A stretch of DNA of 62,324 nt, the filler included, from Jimgerdemannia flammicorona (taxonomy: Eukaryota): assembly GCA_003990765.1 (NCBI GenBank). It is 3 parts of 3 records of this genome, joined end to end, with 100 filler letters (N's around TTAATTAATTAA, not from the genome) between each part and the next. Parts side by side here need not be neighbours in the genome. Positions count along the whole stretch, not along the records: positions 41,622 to 62,324 come from RBNJ01001605.1; 2 more parts are not named here. One strand, written 5' to 3'. Both the position numbers and the translations under genes were made by a program. A model generated the notes under the pieces. It saw only the letters and a list, made by a program, of their open reading frames with translations, was not told the DNA's origin and searched no databases. Of the stretch, positions 47,767 to 61,070 are shown piece after piece. The first letter of the stretch is position 1. Every line of letters starts with the position of its first letter.

Positions 47767-49043
47767 TGTAATGTACCTGGCTCAATAGAGGCAAATTACA
47801 AGATTGGGAGTTAGTGTAGTTTAGCTTGAGCCTCTAGTTACTTTGTCAAAAAGTAACAAAATGTTCTAAGATTCCTGAGGTCCTTGGTGTTTAGTGGTAT
47901 AATAGTCAAAGCTGGATATCTGCAAGTGATTTATATATCGATTTCCTAATTGGGATGGTTCTCTGAGTATAGTAGTGATTTGTATGAATGGGTTTCCTTC
48001 TTGGGTCAATATGGGAATTGGCAGAATTTCATATATAGCATGATGATCTCTGTGTATGATGATCTTGTATAGCATGAGTTCTTTATATATGACAGTCAGG
48101 CAATTTGATAGTTCTCTTTATATGATTTCAGTATAACAATCTCTATATAACATAGGTTCCTTATGTAGAGCAGTCTGGCAGATAACTCGATTTGGTGCAG
48201 ATTCTTCTAAATTAGCAGAGTTCTTGAATATCACTGAGAATTGTACTGGTGGCAAATAACTTGATTACTTGGGCTTGCTGGGAATAATGAATAGCTCAGT
48301 TATTATGGATTCTTTCTGAATTAGTGGCTTTAACTGGAAATGCAGATAACTTGAAAATGGTAGATGATATAGATTCTTTCTGAATCAGTGGAAATAACTT
48401 GGGTTCTTGACAAGTTACATCTAGACTGTCTTTATTTGTATGAACAGATTACTGTGAAGTTATATTAAGAGACTGGCTTGTGCAAGAAAGGTGGGCTCTC
48501 TAGGAATGCAGTGAATAACTCAAAGGATAGTGAAGTTCTCCTTGAACTTAGTGGCAAACTTGAATTCTTCAGGCTTAGTCTGGCAAGTATACTAATAATT
48601 CCAAAGGCAGCAAAGTTCTTCACTCAAACTTGGTGGCAAAATCTTCAAGCTTTGTATTGAAAAGTAGACTGGAGTGGGGAAATAAGCTCATAATCTCCTA
48701 GCAGTAGCTGTAGAGTTCCTCTTGAAGTATGGTAGGCAGACTTGTCTTTTGCTTCAATTTTGGACTGAGGTTTATTCACTCTTATCTCTAGAGTAATTTA
48801 TACATTATGGTTACTATCTAGTTGCTATGTGGCTAACTATAGATTGGCTACTTATAGCAAGTTGTACAGGTCCAGCATAAGTATGCAGGTCCAGCACAGG
48901 TGTACAGGTCCTACATAGATATACCTTATCTGGTAGTCTAGCTATTTATACAGTTTCTACAATAATGGTTACTGGTTACTATACTATATATTCACATCAT
49001 CTGGCTAAAGTATAATTCAGGTAGTATGTCTTAGTTTGTCACA
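47767..49043 (-). repeat. 5' LTR of element D
   Basis: Direct repeat of 42866-44162. Confidence 0.93.
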
Positions 49044-49380
49044 CTATATACTTAACATAATGTTATAAAAAGAAATATATAAATATATAAAAGAAAAATA
49101 AATATAAATTTATAACAAAAAACATAATCAATAAACTCTAAGAAAGAAACAAAGAATTATTAAACCAAAATCAAACAATTAAAAGTACTATTATGAGTTA
49201 AGTAGTTGAATAACAAAGAAATTAAATAAGAGATAATTAAATATTTAGAGAATAGATATATTACTTATAATCCTGATCTAGCAGTAGTTAATAAAATTAT
49301 CCAAATTAATAATAAAGAATACTGACTAAGGTTTTGTAAGAATTATCCTGCTGAAAGTTCTCAGCAAGGATATATTTACT

Positions 49381-50241
49381 TACTTTATTAATATTCAATA
49401 TTATGATAATTGATTTAAATACTATAATGAAATAAATAATGTTAAAAAAGATATTTTCTCTACTCTGCAAGGTTTAGATTCAGAGGAAAGTGAGAAAATT
49501 ATTAAAAAATAATTAGAAGAGAATAAGATAAAAAAGGAACCATTTGAAGAAGACCAAAGAAAAGAGTTTAGAAATTGTTATGATCTTCATAGTATTTCTC
49601 TTGAAGATATAGTAAAAAATATTACTAAATAAACTATAAAAGTTAAAAATAAATATGAAAGTTTCAAGAAAACTATTGAGGAACTTTTATTAGATTATTC
49701 TGAATTAACAGAAGAGAATATAGAAAATGAAAGGGTTTAATGGTTAAAAGGAGAACTATAAGAATTATTAGAGAAAATTAAAAATAGTGAATGAGATAAA
49801 CTTAATGAGGTTGTTATGAGAATTATCAAGAAATAGGAAGTGGATACCAAAACTCACTTTATCTCTTTTACTGAAATTAGTAAGAAATAGAATGATAAAA
49901 AGGAAATATCTTTAAAAGAGGAAATTAGAAATAAGTCAAAATTGTTGAAAAAAGAATATGAGAAAAATACTATTCAGAAAGCTAAGATTAAGAAACTTCA
50001 AGCAAAATTATATAAGCAAAAAAAATTATTAGCAAAAGAGTATAAAAAAAACAAAACTCAAGAAGTAGAAAAAGAGAACTTATAAAGATAATTATATTTA
50101 TTCAAAAAAGCTTTATCTAAAATACCAAACAAGTTCAAGATATTAGAAATAAAAATAAAAAGTAAATTTTCACAATTATCAGAAAAAGTTAAGTCTCAAA
50201 CTTGAGAAATAGTTACTTGGATAGAAGTTAAGACTAAATAA
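49381..50241 (+). pseudogene. K/E-rich coiled-coil protein resembling Mollicutes-related endobacterial (MRE) proteins
   Basis: ~286-codon intronless frame whose stops read as CAA/CAG>TAA/TAG or TGA=Trp/Arg; ends KFSQLSEKVKSQT*EIVTWIEVKTK*. Confidence 0.6.
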
Positions 50242-50259
50242 TAGTAAGAGAGTCAATTT

Positions 50260-50850
50260 ATGCAATCTTGAAATTGGAAGAGTGGAATAGAGAGAGTAAT
50301 TGTGATTTTTACTTTCACTTTGAAAACAGTAAAAATTCATCATCTATCTGTCAAATCAGAACTCATAGCAAAGTAGCTGGTAAAATATTTGAAAATAACT
50401 GTACATGTGAAAACTATAAAAAAAGTTTTTAAATGGTGAATTACTCAAATATAAAAGATATGGAAGATTAAAAACTAAACTGAATTTTGACTTTCAGAGT
50501 AATAAATATATTTGCTATTATATTAGACATAATGAAAATACAGAGGAAAAAGAACTTTCACTTTTATCTAATGAAGAGATAAGTCAATCAAAATTTTTTA
50601 TGAGAGAAAAAAGTCCAATTAGTAATAAAAAGCAGATACTTATCTTGAAGCCTTGGGAGTTACCAAAGACTAGCATAAAAGATAAAAATAAGACTTATTA
50701 AATAGAATAAAGGAGTTAGAAGCCAAAGTAGTAAGATTAAAAAAGCTAACTCCTTAAGAATTAGTCAAGGAAATTAATAAGTTAAAAGTCCAATTAGAGT
50801 AATGAAATAGCTAATTTGCAACTCAAATTAAGATTAAAAAGTGATCTTAA
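50260..50850 (+). pseudogene. Second MRE-like coiled-coil gene, in tandem
   Basis: ATG 18 bp after the previous stop, preceded by AAGAGAG; frameshifted; C-terminal KPWELP...IKELEAKVVRLKKLTP*ELVKEINKLKVQLE...FATQIKIKK. Confidence 0.6.
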
Positions 50851-50879
50851 TTGAAAGTAAAGAAGTAAGTAAATATTTT

Positions 50880-52825
50880 TATTCATTAATAGTGTAGATT
50901 GGTCTTAAATAAGTAATATCTTTAAATTCATCTCTGACAAATGGGTGAATATTGTGATAAAGGTATTTCTGGTATTTCAATTCTATAAGAGGAGGCACTA
51001 GCACCAAAAATGACAAGGCCTTGGATTTTTCTATGACTTTTGAAGTTTTGGATTTACTACTCTTTAATAGTTTGAATTCCTGGAATGGACTATTTGTAAC
51101 TTCTTAGGCTTTGATCACTCCAGACTGAGAATGAGTAAAAAGAAAATATTGAAACTTTTGCAAACCAGGTAACTTTTTAAAATAAGTTTCCCAACTACTT
51201 ATGATATCATAATATTGAAAACCTTCATTACTATTATAATACTGAGTTTTATTTAGTCTGACAATACTAGACTTTTTTGCTATATATTTTGACTATATAA
51301 TCAATATAATTTATTATTGTTTTATAATAAAGCCTTTTAATTAGGCCAAAACTACTATCACACTTAAATTTAGTATGGTCTGGAACCATGAAGTTCAATT
51401 TAATACTTTCATAATACCCACAAATTACCAAGTAAATGTAAAACCAAAGAGTAATATTATTTTTGTTTTGCCCATCCACATTATTGCAGGTAATCTTCAA
51501 ATGCTTTTCATCTCTATTCAATTGCTTAATTTCATCAAAGACTAGGCTAAGCATACTATTTAGATCTTTTCTGAGAAGCTCATTCTCATCCAGTATATAA
51601 TTAATTTATTCATACACTACTTTATCCTAGATTCCAAACAATTGTACTTTATAAGCACTAAGATAATATACTTTGTTAATCTGTTGATCTGAATGAAGAA
51701 TATAGACATTTTGAGCTCAGTTATAACTATACATAATGGGTAACTGCATTAATACTACAGAATGATATCTTGTCTCTCAATATAGAATAATTCTGATCAA
51801 TATGTTTTCTTTAGTCTTCTACTAATTTGATATTTTTGTTATAATAATTTTATTCTAACTTAGCTTTGGCAAGATATCTTTATATCTCTTTAATAAGTCT
51901 TGGGCCTCTTCTTTATGAGCCTTGAATTGTAAGTCATTTTATAAGTATTGATAAGTGTCATATAAATTAGTTCAGAGGCTCATGATTTAGATATATAGAG
52001 TTAGTTATTGTCATAATTTACAGAAGATATTATATTTAAGTATGTACAGAGTACTATCTTTTTCTAGGCCAACTAAAAAAATCATGATGAATAGATTTAT
52101 AACTCATTTCTGTAAGTAAAAAGATAAATAATTGGGTAACTCAATTAATATTTCTCACTAGACTAGGTAGCCTATAATAATTTCATGGTCATATTTAGTC
52201 TTAGTATATTTTCACATCTTTTAGTTAGTCTTTTCTTGTCATTTCTTAAACATTCTACTATGTTCTGTCATTTTCTACTTGCTTAGAAATCTTCTCTTAG
52301 CATCCAGATACCATCAGAACATTTTTATCTTTCCTTGGTACCAAGTATCTTGTCTTAGCTAGTCATGGAACCTTTTGGAACATTGTAGAATAGTATTAGT
52401 CAGCTTTGCCAAGAATCTATTTCTTAGCATTTCTCTTTCTTTCCAAGATTCTTCCAGATCTTTCTTTCAGATTATATATAAATATCCTTGTTCTTTATCT
52501 GAATAAAGCTTAAAATATTTTCTCCCAGAAATCCTTCCAGAACACTTGAACCTTTAAGTATCTCTTCACACTACTTTAGATCAGCTAGAACTTCTAGATT
52601 TAGCCACTTCCTCTTAAAGAAACTAGAACTATTACACAGACAATAGACTTCAGTATAATTTAAGAGAAAATTCTTCACTATAGTAGCTATGTTTATATTG
52701 ATAACCATCTTAGTTTTTCACTACAGCATTTTCTTTATATTACTATAGAACTGTGACAGAAGACCATTGATTAACAAATAACTTCTGATATTTTCAAAAT
52801 AAGCATAGTCAATTCCTAGCATATT
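50880..52825 (-). pseudogene. Sola-like DDD transposase relic, interrupted by a solo LTR
   Basis: YSYN*AQNV...QQ...YYLS..KVQLFGI, TCNNVDGQNKNN (DNCxGQNKN), FMVPDHTKFKCDSSFGLIK, YFKKLPG, YLYHNIHPFV. Confidence 0.8.
52173..52636 (+). mobile_element. Solo LTR of family B
   Basis: Reverse complement of 31333-31796; ends TTACA; TSD degraded (TAGCC/CAGAC). Confidence 0.88.
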
Positions 52826-54147
52826 TGAAAGAGAGTTACTTGTTAGAGTAACCATTACATAGTTCTGGAAGAGTTTTCTGGAAGTTCTGGATATTCTGGA
52901 AGACTGTTTTCTTAAGATCAAGATTAATTTCATATGAAGTATATCCTCTATGCTTATTGATTTCAAGATTGGGTTAACATCTCAACCAAAGTTCTTTTTC
53001 AGACTAATTCTGGATATTCAGGATTTTTTATATTTCAGAAAGTTTAAGAAACTAAAACCAGCTTAGTTGAATTAGCATATCACTGCAGACAATATCTAAA
53101 TAGAAAATTTCATAATGGAGTTAGGAGTGAGACCTAATAGGGAGTAGATTTACTTAAGAGTAGTTTGTGGGTTATTAAATAGATTTATTTGCTATTCATG
53201 ATATTATTATACTAGAAGTAGTTTGTATAAAGGAATATTGTGGGAAAGTGTTCAGAAGTTATATTCAGATTGTTCAAGTCTTTAAGTCTGTTTTAAGTCT
53301 AAGATTCTGAGGTCTGAGAGAGGGGGTATTTATACTATCTGAATAGTCTTTGATGATATCACCATTGATGACATTATCTCTGATAAAGTCTGAGCAGTTT
53401 TTTTAGCTTCTGATATCATCAGTTTTAAAGATATCATCATCTCTGTCTCTTGCAAAATTAAGGCTATCCTTAGTAGTAGTAGTTATATAAGAATAACAGA
53501 TCTTAGTTCTCTTTCTTTTTGGACTGCTGGTACATTTGTGAAGACTGGTCATTTTTGTCTAGGGTGAGGGCTCCCATTGTCACAACTGGGGGTTCAAACC
53601 TCTCAGAAATAATATTTTCTATAATCTAAGGTAATTTCTAGTAGTAATATCTGTCATGTAGATAGGCTTGAGATTGATTTTGACAATGTTGGCTTTTTTG
53701 AGTTCAGATGAAGTATCTATCATTTTCCAATAGAGATGATATAGATAGAGCAAACAGAGTTATTCAAATGTATTTTGCTTCTGCTAAGTAATGAGATCTT
53801 ATATAGTTATAGTGTATCTTGGTCTTGAGTTGATAAGTATAATTTGTGAACCTTTGATAGATGAGATAGAGTTCTTCTCATCTCAGTTTGAGTTTGGTAC
53901 TTCAGTTACTTTTGTAATAGTACAATATACCAAAACTAGTTATAGATATTTAGGATCAGTCTTATGGTTATATGTAATACTTCTTCTAGTATTCTTATAT
54001 CTTAGCAGTAGGTTCTCATACTTACTAGCATATTTTGTATAACCAGATAATCTCTTTAGTAACTTGTTTTGTAGTCTCACATATGATTTCCAAATTAGTT
54101 CTGAGGGTGATATATAATTTTTGTGACTTGGAGATTGTGCACTTACA
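52826..54147 (-). repeat. 3' LTR of element C (1.32 kb) with a different cargo ORF
   Basis: Starts TGTAAGTGCACAATCTCCAAG (as 16877). 52826-53390 matches 18205-18930 apart from a ~190-bp deletion. The interior is not alignable to the solo LTR. Confidence 0.9.
53403..53949 (-). pseudogene. Alternative LTR-encoded ORF (~180 codons)
   Basis: TATAAG at ~53999, then AAATATCT (ATG>ATA). Frame reads SITSFGILYYY...EELYLIYQRF...LFALYHLYWKM...IVKINLKPIYMTDITTRNYLRL, with stops explainable by transitions. Confidence 0.55.
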
Positions 54148-57100
54148 ACTCTCCCCTTCTTAGCTTTTAACATCCTCATCAGAGGTCTTCTAATTTTAGT
54201 CTAGTGTTGTTATACTGTTTGGATAGTCAAAAGTCTAGTAAGGTCTATTTTTTCAGAAAGTGGTATGCTCATAGTATAGTTTCCTAATGTGTTAGATTTA
54301 TACATTAAAGGATTGTATATTCAATGCTATGTGCCAGAAGCTATTCTGATATCATTCACTACTAGAGAATTTCCTCTAAGAAATCTTCTTAAATATCTAT
54401 ACCTCATTTCTCACCAGTGGTATGGAGAGAATAGGCTGGCTTTCAGTTTTGCTATTTTTCTAGAGAGTCAGTATTTTATCTTGACTTGCTGAGTTCTTGA
54501 TTTTGTTCATGATAATTATAAGAGTACTTGATGTTCAGAAGGAGTAATATATAATATAATAGATACTAGAGTGCTCAGGTTTCAGTTGTTCAAAGAATCA
54601 TATTCTTGAACTAAGTTAGTGGTATTCTGAAGATTGGTTTTAGATTCCTATATCACATCATAGATTGGGTAACCTTTTTATTTGACAAGATATTCTAGAT
54701 AATTCTTATAGCCACATTTATTGAGGATTTGTTCAACTTCATATTTTTCTTAGTCATTAATAATGACAGGTGTAGATAGTTTTGTAGTTCAGTTTGAAAA
54801 TAGCTCATTATCATTTTTATTATATTACTTGAGATGCTGGACATTGAAGACTGGATGAATATTAATGGTATCTGGTAGTGCCAATTTGTAAAAGATTGGA
54901 GAGACTTGTGTGATAACTTCAAATAGTCCAATAAATTTGCTGTTCAGCTTTTTAGATAGTCTATGCTTAAGGTTATCAATTTGGTATCCTTAGATATCTA
55001 GTAGGACTTTTTCTCCAATATCAAAAGTTATCTCTCAGCAGTACTAGTTAATATACTGTGACTATTATTCTTAAGCTCATGATAAATTCTTGATAGTAAT
55101 CTGGCTTAAGTTGTATATTTAGAGCAGAAATTCTTCAATAGCTTCAACCATAGAGAGTTCATCAGTGGTTTGGATAAGTATCAGAGGGGTGTTTGGGTTT
55201 TGTTCTATATTGGTAAAGAATGGAGTTATTCCAAGAGAGGCTTACTTGCTGTTATTGTAGATAAACTCAACTACAGTGAAGTGTTTATATCAATCATTTT
55301 ATCTATAGGAAACATAGTTTCTTAGTATTTACTTCAGAGTTTGGTTCATTCTTTCAGTTTGGTCATCAGTTTCAAAGTGAAAGGCTATAAATAGTGCAAG
55401 TTTCATTCCAAGATGTGCATGAAGGACTTTTAAAAAATGGCTGATGAATTTCAGATCTTGATCACTAATAATGATCTTAGGAAGACTATGATAGCAAAAG
55501 ATATTATCAAACAAGAGTATAGCTATGTCTGGTACTATTGTAGTAGTAGTAGTTGGCAAAAAGTGGGTTTGTTTGCTAAGATAATCCATGAAGACAATAA
55601 TTGCATCTTTTCCATTCTTGGTTTGGGGTAGTTATATAATAAAGTCCATAAAAATTTGTTCCCAATTAGTGGATAGTACTGAGATGGGGTAGAGTAGGCC
55701 AGGTTTTGCTAACATTGAGAACTTGTTGCATTGGCAGGTATCACAGGAAGTGATGTAGGTCTTTAGCTGATCTGCCATATAGGACCAATAGAAGTTTTGG
55801 GAAATAACTTTATAGTATTTGTCAAATTCTAAATATCTGGCTATAGGAGTATCATGACATTCAAATAGAATAGTTCTTCAGAGATCTCAGTTATTTAGAA
55901 TATATAATCTGTCCTTATAGTAGATAGTGTTGTCTTTCAATTAGTATTGATGATACTGGATATACTTATTAGTATCATTACTGCTTAGAATTTCTTAGAG
56001 TACTTGAGCTTTTTTTATCATTAGCATATGCTGTGATAATTTGTTCTATGATAGAGTTGGTAGCCAAGATGAGAGTTTGGATAACTTTTTTGATTAGTGG
56101 TCTGTAGATTATATCAGAAATAATATTTTCTTTACTAGGGTGATACTGGATTTCATAGTTAAAGTTAGTGAGGACTTTCATCTATCTGGCTTACTTTTGG
56201 AAAAGGGTAGCCTGAGTCTTGATATTGACTAATGATTTATAGTCAGTCAATATAGTAAAGTATATTTCTTCTAGATATGATTGCTATTTGATCAGAGTGT
56301 CTACAATGGCTAACATTTCCTTCTCATGGATTGTGTAGTTAATTTTAGCATCATTGAACTTGTGGGAGTGATTGGCCACAGAGTGTCCTTCTTGTATGAG
56401 CACTGCTCCAAGAGCTAGATTAGAGGCATCAGTAGTAACTTCATATAGTAGAGCAGAGTTTGCTGCTTGAAGTACTGGAGTGGTTATCAAGACATCCTTC
56501 AGTACTTGAAAGGCTGTATCTTGTTCAGGTCCCCAATTTGCAAGATTGTTGAAGTCTTTCTCTTGTTTCCTGGTCCAAGGCTGTTCTTTTTTTTTACTAT
56601 ACTTGGTTATTTGAGTAAGGACAGTAGTGATCTTGGCAAAGTTTGCAACAAATCATTGATAATAGTTTGCTAATCCCAGGAATAACTAGAGGTCTTTCAG
56701 TTTCTTGAGTCTGGGCTAATTCTTGATTGTAGAAATTTTGCTAAGATCTACTTTGATTTCATTAGGTGTGATAATGTGTCCAAGGAATTAAATTTCTTTT
56801 AGGAGAAATTCACATTTGCTGAGTTTTGCAAAGAGTCAGTTTTCTCAGAGTTTCAGTAGTACTAGTTTAAGATATTCAAGATACTCTTCTAGGGTTTTAC
56901 TGAAGACTAGGATGTTGTCAATGTAGACAATAACAAATTTGTCTAGATATAGATATAGGATAGTATTCATCAGAGTCTAGAAGATTGCAGGAGTATTAGT
57001 TAAGCCAAAGAACATAATCAGAAACTCAAAATGTCTATAGTGAGTTTGGAAGGCTGTCTTGTAGATATCTTCTTCTTTAATAGTAATTTGCCAGTAACCA

Positions 57101-60100
57101 TTTTATAGGTCAAAAGAGCTCATAAATTGTGTGTTGGTAAGTCTATCAAATATTTTATCAATTTGGAGTAGTGAGCAACAGTTCTTGATAGTCTATTCAT
57201 TGAGGTCATAGTAATCAATATATATTTGTAGGTCTTCTTCTTTCTTGACAATAAAGAGGACTGGTGCTCCATAGGGTAATATACTAGATCTAATGAATCC
57301 TTATTCCAGGAGTTCATCAATCTCTTTCTTGAGTGTATCAATTTCTCTTAGAGATATATGGTAGATTGACTTAAAGGCTGGCTTGGTATTAGGGATGATT
57401 TTGATAGTATAGTCTATGCTTATTTAGGTAGTAGGTCTTTTGGAAGTTTCTTTGGAAATATGTCTCAGAATTTCTAGAGTAGGGGTCTGATATAGCTATC
57501 AACTTTGGAAAAGTCTTCTTCAGCTTTCTCAAGTTCTTCTTTGAATGAATAGATGGAGATAATAAAGAGAGGGCATTTTTTGATCAATTTCTTGATCTGT
57601 AGCTTATTGATGTGGGTGATCTTTGGTCCAGAGTCACTAGAACTAAGTGAGTTCTTTTTGCCTTGTAGTTTGAAGTTATGGCATCCTTTCTTAATGGTCA
57701 GAGAATGGTTTACCCAATCAATCATAAGGTTCTCTTATTTCAACCATGGGGTCCCAAGGATGATTTCATTATCAGAAAGTAGTACAATCTGGAGAGTAAC
57801 ATATACTCAGTAGTCACTAATTTAGAAGGGTAGGTTGTGGACTTTCTTGTTAATAACATATGAGGTTCTATCAGCTATAGCAACTACTTGAGTTTGTTGT
57901 ACCAAAGATGTCAGAATCTTGAGTCTGTTGACTGTTTCTTCATTGATGAAGTTGCCTGAGGCACTACTGTCTATCATAATCTTGACAGGTACTTGGTTGA
58001 CAAAAGCTTGAAGTATAAGTAGTTTGTCTGATTCAATGGTAGTGATTTCAGTTATAAGAGCTTTTCTTCTATTGGTTCTTCTTTGAGTCAGTTCATTGAT
58101 ACAAGAGAAGCAATTATCAATCATTTGGAAAGAGTACATTCCAATACTATAGAGACATCAGCTACTTAGTATATATGTATCTGTTTTCAATTTTCTTATA
58201 GAATTGTTCTTTTTTATTCATCATAGGTTGGGCTGGAGCCTTATTTGATAAATCAAATCCTTTGGATCTTCAGATAGTGGGTAGTAATTTAGGGACTTCC
58301 TTGACTGTCAGAGTTGATTCAATTTTCTCAAATAGGATCTAGGTAATGCAGAAATCAATGGAGATCTTGAAGAGTGTCTAACTATAGTTTCAGATAAGGA
58401 CAATGATTTTGCTTGTATAATCTTCATTGATGACTCCTCCTTCTACTGAGAGTTCTTTCAGTACTAGGCTGCTGTGACAGTATATTCTTCCAATATGTCC
58501 TTCAGGGATTTGGATGCTGATTTCTGTGTAGACTTGCTTAACTTCTCAGTTGGAGACTGTAGCTTCTTTGGCTGTATACAGGTCATAACCAGCTGCTTTT
58601 TGACTTTCTTTGATTAGGGCCTTGGCCATTGGCCTTAACTTAACAAAGTTCAATGTCTTGGTGGTCAGATTGTTGAGGTAGTGCAGAGTGGTAACAGTTG
58701 CTTATATTGCTGTTTGGGATTTTCAGTTAGAGCAGACACTAGCTATGTGTCCTGTCTTTCAGTGCTCTGCTTCTTTAAAGTTCATTTCTTTCTCCTTCAG
58801 TGAGTTTCTTAAAGGTACTTGATTGAGTAGGTTCAGAATTTCTAGATGTCCAGTAGAGAGAGCTTGGGATATTTCATACTTGGGTTCTACTTTCTTAGTC
58901 CAAGTTTTTTCCTTATTATTGAATTGTCTTCAGGGCAGAATTGGTCTGGCTGTTAGGATTTGCTTGATCATAGTCTTAATTCTTGCCAGACACCATTATT
59001 GGTGATTACAACCAACTGGGCATTCTTGTTCTTAGATTTTCTTATAAACTATTTAGGTAGGGCATCAAATAAATAATCTACTCTTATACTATTCCATGCA
59101 TTATCATTGGTAACATATTCTAGGCCAACAGTATTCAGAAGTGATTCAAGTTTTATACAGAAGGTTTCAAATTCCTCCTTACTATATATATTAAATTTGA
59201 GGTTGTGGAGTTTGACTCAAGATTCAGTGATCATGGTTTTACTGTAATATTGAGCAATTATGAGTTGTTTAAGTCCAGGGGCTGCAGTATGGTCTCTATA
59301 TTCTGGGGTATTATTTGCTATATTATGGGCAACTACTGCAGATTGAGTGTCCCATATAAGGGGTTTTTCAGGAAGGGTTCATCACCATTCCTCAGCAGGT
59401 CCTCAGAAGAATATAATAACTCAGTAGATATAGGCTGTGGTGATAGCAAAGAGTTGTTCCAAAGTGTGGTCTTAATTGTTTATCAGAAGACAGTTAGTCA
59501 CTTGCTCATTAGTCCATTGATTGGCTTTAAAGTTGGTATTAACTATACTAATGAAGTTTTGGACTTCTTGTACAGTACTATTGAAGGTAGGTAGGCTCAG
59601 ATTTTTAGTTGGTCAGATCTGTTCAGCTAAGGCAATAATGGTTGCTACATTATTACTACCTGGGCTATAAGATCTAGAATCTGTTGATTTGTTATATTAT
59701 TTACTAGAGGTAGTTGGATTACTGGTAGTAGTATTACTGGTATGACTTGAGGTACTGATACAGAGTGTAATAGTATTCTTTGAGTCTGTATAAGTTGCTA
59801 GAGTAATAGTTGTGGGTCTAGGGTAAGGGCTTGATATCTAGCTATCTGTTGATATATAGATATATTCTATCCTAATAGAGGTGTATCTTCTTCAGTAGCA
59901 TATCTGGGATCAAATTCACTAAGATACTCCTCTTCCTCTTTGTTTTGGTCCTTATATAATTGGGTTTGCTCAGCATTAAAGTAGACAAAATCAGTTGTAT
60001 ATTGGATTTCAGATAGACTTAATTCAAAATCAAGTTCCAGTTTAGTATTGGTCTCAGTTGTAGGTAAGAATATAGCTTAGCCTACTTCAGGTTCAGGGTC

Positions 60101-60647
60101 AGATTGTTAACAGAGAGTTTCTCTTACTTCTTCTTTAAGAATATGACAGGCCTTGCAATTCTGAAAGCAGTAGTATAAGGCAGTCTTGGTCCTGGTATAG
60201 TGAAAGTTGGTAGAGTTGAGCTACTTGGCTATAGAGGCTTGGGCTTTATAAGAAACTAAGATTAGGAAAACTGCAGCTAGTTGTTCTAAGTTACTTGGAT
60301 TTGTGGAGCTGACAAAACTCTTATTGAGAAGAGTAAAGAAGGCTTCTATAAGACCTTCTTCATCTTGACTTGTGGAGTGTAGAGCAAGGAGTTCAGTATA
60401 TAGGATTTCATTTATTTTCTGATTTAACTAGAATATGAATGAAGTCTATCCTACTTGTTGCAGGTATAGAGATCAAATTGTCCTTGTATATTAGGTTCAA
60501 TTCTCTTCAGATTGTCAGATTGTTTGGGATAAATTCCAGTTCAGAGGTTGGGTTTTATACTAACTTATAAAAATTCACAGAGGGGTTTGTAGCTGAGTAA
60601 GGAAGTGTCTTAAAGTAGAATTAGATTGTAAACTACTGCTATCAAGT

Positions 60648-61070
60648 TATAAGAGAGTTACTTATTAGGGTAACTATTGTATAGTTCTGGAAGGGTTTTC
60701 TGAAAGTTCTGGATATTCTGAAAGACTATTTTCTTAAGGTCAAGATCAATTTCATATATAGTATATCCTCTATACTTATTGATTTCAAGATCAGATTGAT
60801 GTCTCAACCAAAGTCCTTTTTCAGACTAGTTCTGGATATTCAGAATTTTCTATATTTCAGAAAGTTCAAGAAACTAAGACCAGCTTAGTTGAATTGGCAT
60901 ATCACTACAGACAATATCCAATTAGGAAATTTTGTAATAGGGTTAGGAGTGAGACCTAATAGAGAGCAGATTTACTTAAGAGTAGTTTGTAGATTATTAA
61001 ATAGGTTTATTTGCTATTTTTAATATTGCTATACTAGAAGTAGTTTTATATAAAGGGATATTGTGGAAAA
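60648..61070 (-). repeat. 5' LTR of element C (3' part; cut by LINE copy 5)
   Basis: Matches 52826-53250 and the reverse complement of ~18520-18930. Confidence 0.9.

Larger units (their letters stand above)
42866..49043 (-). mobile_element. Non-autonomous LTR element D (gag-protease-Cys/His domain; no RT/RH/IN)
   Basis: LTRs 42866-44162 and 47767-49043 (TG..CA); 4-bp TSD CTAT/CTAT; PBS-like TGAGGGCTCAACTAGGA; internal region only ~3.6 kb. Confidence 0.9.
52826..61070 (-). mobile_element. Chromodomain Ty3/gypsy element C (gag-PR-RT-RH-IN-CHD), degenerate
   Basis: 3' LTR 52826-54147 after PPT AAGAAGGGGAGAG; partial 5' LTR 60648-61070 with PBS-like TGATAGCAG; decayed CCHC ~58735-58770; IMIDSSASGNFI; VYIDNIL; TTDASNLALGAVL; HFETDDQTERMN; chromodomain ~54600-54750. 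Confidence 0.93.

Noticed and set aside
47866..48075. Small ORF in element D LTR as a further cargo gene
   Set aside because: Lies downstream of the LTR TATA/polyA, is broken by stops in the twin LTR and shows no similarity to the other cargo ORFs; unsupported.
59205..59594. 129-aa plus-strand ORF
   Set aside because: Antisense to the decayed gag of element C.
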